Shown: piece after piece, positions 1 to 9,300 of the stretch | Position numbering within the stretch: position 1 is the stretch's first letter | Layout of the letters: each line of letters begins with the position of its first letter | Source of the DNA: Bacteroidales bacterium | Lineage (GTDB): Bacteria > Bacteroidota > Bacteroidia > Bacteroidales > FEN-979 | Length of the DNA: 64,000 bases | Assembly: GCA_049317265.1 (NCBI GenBank) | Contig: JBMOIP010000007.1 | Span: 2,663 to 66,662 of the forward strand | Reading direction: 5' to 3' | The notes under the pieces: model-generated | What the model was told of the DNA's origin: nothing | Databases searched by the model: none | The model's input: only the letters and a program-made list of their open reading frames with translations | Translations under genes and position numbers: made by a program

Positions 1-137
1 TCGAAAACCGTTTTACAGCCATTGCAGCAGAATTGTTTTTCCTGCAGGGTAATCGGAACGGTGCCGCAATCTTCGCCACAGTGGTAGCATGCATTTGGAT
101 TTGCTGTTTTTTCGGAGGTGAAGGAAGTGTTTGACAT
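1..137 (-). CDS. 5' end of a heavy-metal P-type ATPase (CcoI/FixI-like), truncated by window edge
   Basis: Not in the ORF track (short). Minus-strand ATG at 135-137. Translation MSNTSFTSEKTANPNACYHCGEDCGTVPITLQEKQFCCNGCKTVF shows the CxxCxxxC...CCxGC cysteine pattern of the N-terminal metal-binding domain of cbb3-oxidase-associated Cu ATPases. Only 45 codons are visible. Confidence 0.45.
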   Translation of the reverse strand, partial: MSNTSFTSEKTANPNACYHCGEDCGTVPITLQEKQFCCNGCKTVF

Positions 138-615
138 AGCATATTATTAGTCCCTCATCGGGGAACGGTAGAAAATCACGGCAAATTTAAACAAAACAGT
201 ATTGTATTATCAGAATTCAGTTTCCTCTTAAAAATGAGTTTGGAAATTTATTACTGAATCCCTTACGAGAAGATAAAATCAGTAAAATCGTATTACAATT
301 GAACTATGGTAAAAGTAACTTTAAGGGATGGTTAACAGAATATTCTGAAGTTGGAACATCTGCATTGTATCTTCACCACTTCAGTCAAAATGCAAATCGC
401 AGTAGCCATAATTATACCATAATACCTACATACTTTTTTGCTAATAAATGTTAATTTTTGAATAACAAATGAGAATTCAAATAAATATTATTTTAATTTT
501 GTCTAAATACATATATAATACTTAACATTCAGTATTAGTACTTAGTGTTTTTATATAGTAGGATGTGATTTATACTTTATTATTAACCAACTTATTCATT
601 TAAACTATCTAAATT

Positions 616-2187
616 ATGAAATATTTTCTACTCATTATTATTGTGTTCGTTGTGTTCATTGGGAATGCACAAAACTATTCAGGAAGTTTTAATTTCCGAA
701 AACAATTATATTTTGTTAAAAGTGAATGTCTCGCATCAGGTGAATTTAGAATCACTTTAGCAGAATCCGAGGCCAACAAAGTGGATTTTACTATAAAACC
801 ATTGAAATATGACCTTTTTAAAACTGCCTTTAACACTAAAATGCTTACACTGCTCGGTTCAGGAGCCCCAGCAATAGCAACTGATGAAGAGTCAACTTCA
901 AAGAGCATCTTTTACAATATTGTCGTTGAGAGTCTAAAGGAATCCATGTCAGACGCTCCCATTTCAGGAAAACTTACAATTGCCTCAAGTGTCAACTTAT
1001 ACAAAGACCCAAATAAATGTGGTCAAAAGGCTGAATCAAATCAAGTCCTGATTAAGGATGTTGAGATCGAATTCAACGAAGGGTATATTGAAACCATTAA
1101 AGTTGTTGGTGAAGTTAACATCAATGGCAGTAAGCGGGATATCCTATTTGAAAATATTATTGGGATAGGGTTTTCAACCCGTAAAAACTTTAAAAAATTG
1201 GATCAGATGGGTCTTTTCGCGAACTCTTCAGTCGATAAATATCATATAATGGCTGGTGAACTACTGAATTACAATTACAAGGTTCGCCCAATGACAAGGG
1301 ATTTTAGTCCAGGCAATCAATTAGTAACAAGTTTTGGGGGAGAAAGCTTCGACTTACATAAAGATGAAACATCAAAACTTTTTGAAGCAATTGTATACAG
1401 TGACTTTCTAGGAATTGATAAAGATAAACCCAATGGACTGATCCAAATAGAGGTGGCTAAAAGAATAAACCTGAAATCAAGTCGAATTGAAAATGGGATA
1501 TTCCTTTCATGGCTTACGAAAGGAAGCGGTTGGTTGCAATACATCAAACCAGCAGTAACAATTTCAAAAATTGAAGAAAATAATCGATTTTTACTACCGA
1601 CAAAGAGCGACTCAATTGTAAAATCCTCAGCAGGGGCTGATTCCCTTGTTATTGGGAACATTGTGAGTCCAATTAAAATCCTGGAATACCAAAATCTTTC
1701 ACTGGGTCTTGATCTGAATATTTTATTTGAGGAAAATTCGAATCTGAAGTACCATTTCTACCTGAACGGTGGATTCCGGTTTGGTCGCACTGCCATCAGG
1801 GATTCACTGAGGACTCTCAATGCGCAAGGAAAAATAGCAAGTTCAGGATTTGTTAACGAGTACAATATCAATTACTTCACATTTTACCCTGAAGCAATTT
1901 TGCAGTTTCTACCAGAAGAGAGGTTTAGTATTCTGATTTCCGACCGATTGCAATATTTTCTACCAGCTTTCGGTTTACCGACTCTGAAAACCCTGGATAA
2001 AAGTTTAGGTTATGATCCGAAACCCGCCAAATGGATTAACTCCATCGAAATCATGGCTTTCGTAAAAACTGGTCAAAATGGTAAGATTTTCGCAAGATGG
2101 AGATTTACAAGCCAACTCGACAACATTCAACAAAACTATAACCAGGTGCAGGTGGGCTACTCATTTTATATTCTTAAAAAGAATTAG
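616..2187 (+). CDS. hypothetical secreted/outer-membrane protein (orphan gene in AT-rich islet)
   Basis: 523-aa ORF with a signal-like N-terminus MKYFLLIIIVFVVFIGNAQ and a C-terminus of beta-strand character (YNQVQVGYSFYIL). No family recognised. Composition is visibly more AT-rich than the neighbours. Confidence 0.6.
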   Translation: MKYFLLIIIVFVVFIGNAQNYSGSFNFRKQLYFVKSECLASGEFRITLAESEANKVDFTIKPLKYDLFKTAFNTKMLTLLGSGAPAIATDEESTSKSIFYNIVVESLKESMSDAPISGKLTIASSVNLYKDPNKCGQKAESNQVLIKDVEIEFNEGYIETIKVVGEVNINGSKRDILFENIIGIGFSTRKNFKKLDQMGLFANSSVDKYHIMAGELLNYNYKVRPMTRDFSPGNQLVTSFGGESFDLHKDETSKLFEAIVYSDFLGIDKDKPNGLIQIEVAKRINLKSSRIENGIFLSWLTKGSGWLQYIKPAVTISKIEENNRFLLPTKSDSIVKSSAGADSLVIGNIVSPIKILEYQNLSLGLDLNILFEENSNLKYHFYLNGGFRFGRTAIRDSLRTLNAQGKIASSGFVNEYNINYFTFYPEAILQFLPEERFSILISDRLQYFLPAFGLPTLKTLDKSLGYDPKPAKWINSIEIMAFVKTGQNGKIFARWRFTSQLDNIQQNYNQVQVGYSFYILKKN

Positions 2188-2249
2188 AACACTGTATGTT
2201 ATTTGACACAAATCGATTTATAATCTATTGATTCACAAATCATAATAAA

Positions 2250-2292
2250 CACCGGACGGGTTATAAACAAGATCTTTCCGGTGTTTTTTTTT
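2250..2292 (+). terminator. intrinsic terminator after 616-2187
   Basis: Stem caccgga (2250-2256) pairs with tccggtg (2277-2283), followed by a 9-T run (2284-2292). Confidence 0.6.
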
Positions 2293-2328
2293 CTAAAAAA
2301 CCGGTCGCAGAACCATAGGTTTATTCGG

Positions 2329-2336
2329 TACCTTTG
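2329..2336 (+). promoter_or_regulatory. canonical-type -7 box TACCTTTG upstream of cydA
   Basis: TACCTTTG matches the Bacteroidota TAnnTTTG -7 consensus and lies 23 nt before the cydA ATG. No TGTAAC repeats upstream. Useful as a contrast to the 67-bp modules. Confidence 0.45.
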
Positions 2337-2359
2337 TCTTCGTTAAAAAATAAACAACA

Positions 2360-3937
2360 ATGGTTCAACATATAGATCCCTCGCTGATTGACTGGTCGAG
2401 GGCCCAATTTGCATTAACTGCCATATACCACTGGATTTTCGTGCCGCTCACCCTTGGGCTGGCATTCATCGTCGCCATCATGGAGTCGGTTTATGTTAAA
2501 ACCGGGGATCCTGAATGGAAAAAGATCACCAAATTCTGGATGACCCTGTTCGGGATTAACTTTGCCATCGGTGTCGCCACCGGGATCATCCTTGAGTTCC
2601 AGTTTGGCACCAACTGGTCGAACTACTCCTGGTTTGTGGGCGACATTTTCGGGGCGCCGCTCGCCATTGAAGGGATCATGGCATTTTTCCTCGAGTCGAC
2701 CTTTATCGCGGTGATGTTTTTCGGGTGGGACAAGGTGAGCAAACGGTACCATCTCGCAGCGACCTGGCTTACCGGGATCGGGGCAAACTTATCAGCCCTT
2801 TGGATCCTCGTTGCCAACGCCTGGATGCAGTACCCCGTTGGCATGCAGTTCAACCCCGATACCACCCGCAACGAAATGACAGATTTCTGGGCGGTCCTCT
2901 TTTCACCGGTGGCCATCAACAAATTCCTGCACACCATCTCCTCGGGATATGTCACAGCCTCCGTGTTCGTAGTGGGCATCAGCGCCTGGTTCCTGCTAAA
3001 AAAGCGGCACACATTGCTGGCCAAACGTAGCATTCTGATCGCCTGTACCTTTGGACTTGCCTCCTCATTATTCCTGGCATTTACCGGTGATGGGTCGGCT
3101 TACCAGGTTTCACAAAAACAGCCGATGAAACTTGCTGCGATGGAAGGATTGTACCAGGGTAAAAGCGGGGCGGGACTTGTTGCCTTTGGGATACTCGACC
3201 CCTCTAAAACCGCCGGTGATGGGAAAGAAGCCTTTCTTTTTAAAATTGAGTTCCCCAAACTGCTATCCTTCCTTGGATACCGCAACCCCGATGCGTTTGT
3301 CCCGGGAATTGACGACATCCTGAAAGGTGGCTATAAACCAGGTTTTAGCCCTGTCAACCCCATTGAGAAAGAGCGTACGTTGTCTGTTGAGGAGAAGATC
3401 GCCCGGGGAAAAACAGCCGTCGGGGCGCTTGCTGAATACAGAACGGCCAAAGCTGAAAAGGACACTGTCAAAGCAACATCGGCCCTGGAGGTGCTTAAAA
3501 TAAACTATGCCTGGTTTGGATATGCCTACCTCAACAGCCCCCAAAGCATCATTCCCAATGTTCCCCTCACCTACTACAGTTTTCACCTGATGGTCTATCT
3601 CGGGGTCTATTTTATCCTGTTGTTCACCGTTGTTCTTTACCTTGTCAGAACAGATAAACTCGAAAGCCAGCGATGGTTGTTGTGGATCGCCCTGTTTACA
3701 ATCCCTTTGGTATACCTTGCCTCTGAAGCGGGTTGGGTAGTGGCTGAAGTCGGCCGTCAGCCATGGGTCATCCAGGATCTGATGCCGGTAATGGCTGCTG
3801 TTTCCAAGATCGATGCCACTTCGGTGATCATTACCTTCTGGCTTTTTGCAGCGGTATTTTCAGTCCTGTTGATTGCAGAACTGATGATCATGATCAAACA
3901 AATTAAACTCGGACCAAAAGATGGAGGGAAGCACTGA
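2360..3937 (+). CDS. cydA: cytochrome bd ubiquinol oxidase subunit I
   Basis: 525-aa polytopic ORF with the typical CydA N-terminus (LSRAQFALTAIYHWIFVPLTLGL), a GRQPW motif near the C-terminus, and a long Q-loop. It is followed by an overlapping cydB. Confidence 0.95.
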   Translation: MVQHIDPSLIDWSRAQFALTAIYHWIFVPLTLGLAFIVAIMESVYVKTGDPEWKKITKFWMTLFGINFAIGVATGIILEFQFGTNWSNYSWFVGDIFGAPLAIEGIMAFFLESTFIAVMFFGWDKVSKRYHLAATWLTGIGANLSALWILVANAWMQYPVGMQFNPDTTRNEMTDFWAVLFSPVAINKFLHTISSGYVTASVFVVGISAWFLLKKRHTLLAKRSILIACTFGLASSLFLAFTGDGSAYQVSQKQPMKLAAMEGLYQGKSGAGLVAFGILDPSKTAGDGKEAFLFKIEFPKLLSFLGYRNPDAFVPGIDDILKGGYKPGFSPVNPIEKERTLSVEEKIARGKTAVGALAEYRTAKAEKDTVKATSALEVLKINYAWFGYAYLNSPQSIIPNVPLTYYSFHLMVYLGVYFILLFTVVLYLVRTDKLESQRWLLWIALFTIPLVYLASEAGWVVAEVGRQPWVIQDLMPVMAAVSKIDATSVIITFWLFAAVFSVLLIAELMIMIKQIKLGPKDGGKH

Positions 3938-5100
3938 TGTTTGAAACAATGCCGATTGAAACGCTGCAAGCCTACTGGTGGATCATCATCTCCCTGCTGG
4001 GCAGCCTGCTTGTTTTCCTGATGTTTGTACAGGGCGGGCAAACACTCATCTATACCATCGGAAAAACCGAACCGGAACGGAAAATGCTGGTCAATGCCCT
4101 TGGCCGGAAATGGGAATTTACCTTTACTACGCTGGTCACCTTTGGGGGCGCATTCTTCGCCTCCTTCCCCCTCTTTTACTCCACCAGCTTCGGGGGTGCC
4201 TACTGGGTTTGGATGGCTATCCTATTCCCGTTCATCATCCAGGCTGTGGCATATGAATTCCGCAGCAAACCGAATAATTTCCTGGGACATAAAACCTACG
4301 AATGGTTCCTGATCATCAATGGGTTACTTGGAACCGTACTGATCGGAACAGCTGTGGCAACCTTCTTCACGGGATCGGCCTTTTCAGTCAACAGGTCGGC
4401 CATCACCAACCTGCTCGACCCCACCATTTCGCGGTGGCAAAATCCTGCCCACGGACTTGAAGCTGTTTTAGACTGGCGCAACGTGGCCCTTGGACTCGCC
4501 GTATTTTTCCTGGCCAGGGTTTTGGGAATCCTCTATTTCATGAATACCATTGATGATGAACAGATCATGGCCCGTTCAAGAAAGCAACTAATTATCAACA
4601 CCATACCCTTTTTGTTTTTTTTCCTGACGTTTACCGGGGCATTGCTGACCATGCCGGGCTATGCGGTCCAGCCGCTGAATGGCATGATTTGCGGGGAGTC
4701 GTACAAATACTTCCACAACCTGACCCAGATGCCGCTCGTAATGATGATGTTTGCTGCAGGGGTCGTTTTTGTTCTGCTCGGGATAACCTTGCCGTTGATT
4801 TCCATGGTAAAAAACGGATCATCGGGAATCTGGTATGCGGGGGCCGGCACGCTGCTCACCGTTTTTTCACTGTTTTGCATGGCAGGTTTAAACAATACGG
4901 CATATTACCCCTCAACATACGATTTGCAGAGTTCACTTACCATTCATAACAGTTCATCAAGCCACTACACCCTCACTGCCATGAGTTATGTGTCGCTGAT
5001 GGTTCCGTTTGTAGTTGCCTATATCTGGTATGCATGGAGAGCGGTCAACAGCAAAAAAATTGACGCTGCCGAGATGGAGGAGGGCGGGCACAGTTATTAA
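3937..5100 (+). CDS. cydB: cytochrome bd ubiquinol oxidase subunit II
   Basis: 387-aa polytopic ORF. Its start overlaps the cydA stop (TGATG). The N-terminus LQAYWWIIISLLGSLLVFLMFVQGGQ is typical of CydB. Confidence 0.9.
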   Translation: MFETMPIETLQAYWWIIISLLGSLLVFLMFVQGGQTLIYTIGKTEPERKMLVNALGRKWEFTFTTLVTFGGAFFASFPLFYSTSFGGAYWVWMAILFPFIIQAVAYEFRSKPNNFLGHKTYEWFLIINGLLGTVLIGTAVATFFTGSAFSVNRSAITNLLDPTISRWQNPAHGLEAVLDWRNVALGLAVFFLARVLGILYFMNTIDDEQIMARSRKQLIINTIPFLFFFLTFTGALLTMPGYAVQPLNGMICGESYKYFHNLTQMPLVMMMFAAGVVFVLLGITLPLISMVKNGSSGIWYAGAGTLLTVFSLFCMAGLNNTAYYPSTYDLQSSLTIHNSSSSHYTLTAMSYVSLMVPFVVAYIWYAWRAVNSKKIDAAEMEEGGHSY

Positions 5101-5120
5101 ACTGTGACTCCATTTAAAAA

Positions 5121-6329
5121 CTAACAGACAGACTTAAAGGGAATTGAAATATAAAAGACTGAACCTTCTCCTTTAACTGATTGCAATGAAATTTTGCCTC
5201 CCATGAATTCAATGCATTTTTGGGCAATGGTAAGACCCAGTCCGCTTCCTTCGTAGAGCCTGTTATGGGTCCCATTCTCCTGGACAAAATAATCAAAAAT
5301 GAACTCCAGTGCTGGTTCGGCGATCCCGATACCTGTATCCCGGATAAAAAACTCCAGTTCCTGCCCCTTATGTTCAAACCCGATGGTTACCGAACCCTTT
5401 GAGGTGAACTTTAACGCATTGTCGACCAGGTGCATAACTGCCTTTCGCAAAAGTTCCGGATATCCTTCCAATTGGCCGGCATCACCGGAATGCTGCATAT
5501 CCAGGATAAAAGCTACATTTTTCGTTTCAAATGAGTCCCTGAATTCCTGATAAACCTCCATCAGTAATTCCCCGGGAGTAAAGAGGCGTTGCTCCGCCGT
5601 CATGTTGCCGGAAACAAGCAGGGAGATATCCATGATGTCGGTTACTGTCTTGATGAGGCGGTTGCTGCTTGATTTGAGATAGGAGTAGTACTCTTCTTTG
5701 TCGAGGTCCTCGACCTTATGATCTTTAAAAATGCTGGAAATTCCAAGAATTCCATTCAGGGGAGTCCGTATTTCGTGTGAAATATTCCGCAGGAAAGCTG
5801 CCTTCAAACGGTCGCTCTCTTCTGCTTTATCCAGGGCTGCCGTAAGGGCAACATTCACCTGTTCAAGTTCGGCAGTTCGTTCCATGACCTTGTCTTCCAG
5901 CAGGTGGTTCTGATCTTGCAATTGCAGATGTAAAAACCTGGCAAACAGTAAATTATTGATACGCAAACCAACCTCAACCAGGTCAAATGGTTTCGCCAGG
6001 AAGTCTTTTGCCCCACAGGCAAGCGCTTTCAGTTTGGCATCCAGGGTAATATCGGCAGTAAGGACAAGAATGGGCAAATAGGTGTTGTCTGCTGCCATCC
6101 CTTTGATTTGTTCCATCACATCATAACCGCTGAGGTATGGCATCATCAGGTCGAGCAGGATGAGGTCAGGGTTAAAAGAAGCGCAAAGCGCTGCAACCTG
6201 CCGCGGATCGGTTGTGAAGCGGATGTTGAGGCATCCCTGGATTTCAAGGAAACCGGCAAGGACATCTATGTTGGCTTCCTTATCGTCCACAATAAGGATC
6301 CTGGCATTTTTAAAAGCTGGGTTTATCAT
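5121..6329 (-). CDS. receiver-histidine kinase hybrid (REC-HisKA-HATPase)
   Basis: N-terminal receiver (ILIVDDKEANIDVL...LLDLMMPYLSG), H-box SHEIRTPLNGILG, G2 box GSGLGLTIAQ. The start shares 1 nt with the stop of the upstream kinase (TAATG). Confidence 0.85.
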   Translation of the reverse strand: MINPAFKNARILIVDDKEANIDVLAGFLEIQGCLNIRFTTDPRQVAALCASFNPDLILLDLMMPYLSGYDVMEQIKGMAADNTYLPILVLTADITLDAKLKALACGAKDFLAKPFDLVEVGLRINNLLFARFLHLQLQDQNHLLEDKVMERTAELEQVNVALTAALDKAEESDRLKAAFLRNISHEIRTPLNGILGISSIFKDHKVEDLDKEEYYSYLKSSSNRLIKTVTDIMDISLLVSGNMTAEQRLFTPGELLMEVYQEFRDSFETKNVAFILDMQHSGDAGQLEGYPELLRKAVMHLVDNALKFTSKGSVTIGFEHKGQELEFFIRDTGIGIAEPALEFIFDYFVQENGTHNRLYEGSGLGLTIAQKCIEFMGGKISLQSVKGEGSVFYISIPFKSVC

Positions 6330-9300
6330 TATTTACCATTTTCTTTGGTGAAGCTGTCCTGTTGATTCAAGTCATCCGATCCGCCGATCCAAACATCCAG
6401 GCAGTTCAGGAATGCAACAATATCAATTGGTTTGGACAGGTAGTCGCATGCCCCGGCATTTTTCAGTTTTTCGATTGTCTCTGGCAGGATGTCTGCACTG
6501 ACCACCACCGGGATTGCCTTTGTTAATGGATCTGACTTCAGGATGTCCAGCACCTCCTGCCCATTCATGTCGTGCAGGTTGAGATCAAGAAGGATCAAAT
6601 CGGGCATGTGCTCTTTTGCAAGGCCAATGGCAAGTTTTCCGTACATTCCTGTAATGAGCTGAATGGAGGGCCGGTGGGCCGCAATAATCCCCTCTACTAA
6701 TTCGGCATTCGGAATATTGTCTTCGATATAGAGCAGTCTGCCACCTTTTTCCGTTAACACTACCACATGGGTCTGACTGGCCTCCTGTTTCCCCGGATGG
6801 TTTTCCAGCCGTTCCGCTTGCGGAAGTTCAATCCAAAAGGTGCTTCCTTCTCCCTGTTTGCTCTCGACTCCTGCTGCTCCTCCCATCGCATCCATCAGTT
6901 CCTTCACCAGGGCAAGCCCCAGACCTGTACCCTCGGTGGTTGTCCGCTCTGCTCCGATCCGTTCGAAGGGGACGAATAGTTTTCCAAGGTCTTCGGCCCT
7001 GATCCCGGGGCCGGTATCTGTCACCGATATCCTGATCCGGGAATGTAAGGATTGATTATCGCCGGTCAGTTCAGTTTTAACAAACACCTTACCGCCATCC
7101 CTGTTATATTTAACGGCGTTATTGATGAGATTAAGGAGAACCTGCCGTAACCGCTGGCGATCGGCCACTACAAAGAGTGCGTTCGACGGAGACTCTGTTA
7201 ATTCGAGTGCCTGGTCCCGCTGTACCGCATAGGAATGTATAACTTCAAGTGCCTCCTGGATTATCGGAAACAACTGAACAGGCTCAGGATCAAGAGCCAG
7301 GTGTCCTGCCTCGATGCGCGATATGTCAAGAACCTCGTTTATCAGGTTGAGCAGGTGTTTTCCGCTGTTCAGAATATGATTTACCCCTTTCCTGTGCGAC
7401 GGGTTAAGGTCGCCCATTCCCATCAGCTGTGCAAATCCGAGAATTGAATTCATGGGGGTACGAAGTTCATGGCTCATACGTGAAATGAACTCACTCTTAG
7501 CGAGGTTAGCATGCTCGGCTTCGTTCCTGGCTCTTACGATCTCCTCCTCTGAGCGCTTCCGGCTTGTAATGTCATGAAAAGACCAGATTCTTCCATAAAG
7601 TTGTCCTTCCAATCCCAATACCGGCGCTGAATATCTTTCAAGCACCATCCCGTTTTTGAATTCGATCTCGTCGCGGCTGGTCTCATACGGATGCAAATAC
7701 AAATACATCACCTTTTCGAGGAATTCATCCGGAAACTTTGTCAAAGCTACAACATGCTTGAGCAGGGCGCTATCATCTTCATCATTAGCAACGTCTTCAG
7801 GAACGTTAAAAATCTCAATCAGCCTGTTGTTAATCAGAATCCGTTTCTGGTCCTGGTCTACCACCAGCACTCCATCGAGTGTTGCATTCTTTTTTGCTTC
7901 AAGCAATGCCATTTTGGAGTGCAGCAGCGCCTCGGCATTTTTCCTGGCAGTAATGTCCAGGTGTGTGCCTGCCATCATTAACGGCTTTCCATCCATATCC
8001 CAGGCATGAACTTTCCCCCGGTCAAGAACCCAAACCCAGGAACCATCTTTATGTTTCATCCGTGATTCGAACGAATAATAGTCCAGCTCGCCATTAAAGT
8101 GTTTTCCCAACAATTCTCCTGACACCTTAAAATCATCCGGATGGGCATATTTCATCCAGGTTTCGATACTAATCGGGGCGATTTCGTCAAGTGTGTAGCC
8201 GATAATACCTGCCCATCGTTCATTGAATCTGGTTTCGCCGGTCTGAACATTCCACTCCCAGGTACCGATGTTTGTCCCTTTAATAATATCATCGAGACGC
8301 TGTTTCCCGATAGCAAGTTCCTCCTCTGCCTTCTTTCTTTCACCAATTTCAATTAAAAGCGACGAATTTGTGTCGGCCAGCTGCCCTGTTCTCTCCTCAA
8401 TTTTTCGCTCAAGCGTGGTATTGAGATACTGAATTTTCTGTTCGGCAAGTTTTCGAGGTGTTATATCCCTGATCAAGGCAAGCACCTGGTCGTCTCCGAA
8501 CGGGGTAAGCCGTGACTCAAACCACCCCTCATTCTCGCCTCGTTTCAATACATAGTCATAGGTTACCAGTCTTTTCTTACGGATACACTCCATGATATGA
8601 TCATGGTGCATTTTACCAGATTCCCCAATAAATATATTGTTGATGTTTGTCCCAACGATCTGTTCAGGAGGCACTACCAGCATATCCGGCGTGGAGCAAT
8701 AGACTTCACGGTATATCCCGTCCCGATCAATGACAAAGATCATGTCGGGCATTGCGGCAATAATGGCATTTAACCGTTCATTCTGCTTCTTAATCTGTTC
8801 TTCGGCAAGGATAATGTCGGTCACATCTACATTGATCCCTTTTAATGCAACGACAGAACCGTTTTCAAAAACAGGAACAATGGTATTCTGCAACCATTTA
8901 ACTTTTCCACCCGGAAAGACCATACGAAGATTGAAAATCCTGGTCTCATTTTCCGAAAATTCACTTTTTAGCTGGTCCCCAACGACCTTCCTGTCATCCG
9001 GATGCAGCAGCTTATAAAAACAGTCATAAAGATTGTCCAGTTTCTCCGTAGCATTCAATTCAAGCTGATGGTAATAGTTGTTTGATCCTGATAATTGCAT
9101 GGTCAGCAGGTTTAATTCCCAACTTCCCATCCCGGCAATCTCCTGTGCATAGTTCAAATCCTTTTCGCTTTGCTTTAACGCGCACTCTGCCTCTTTCAGC
9201 GAAGTAATATCAATGACTGTGGCTGACATGAACTGTGGCATTCCATCTGCATCATGGATGATGGAAGCACTCATCAAGGTAGGAAAAACGGATCCATCCT

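Noticed and set aside
2201-2239. Module-like sequence on the minus strand (TTGTGAATCAATAGATT-...-TGTGTCAAAT) just downstream of the orphan gene.
   Set aside because: The distal ATGTAAC is missing, the box spacing is off by 1 nt, and there is no TTTG 23 nt downstream. It would fire into the 3' end of a convergent gene. It is at best a decayed relic.
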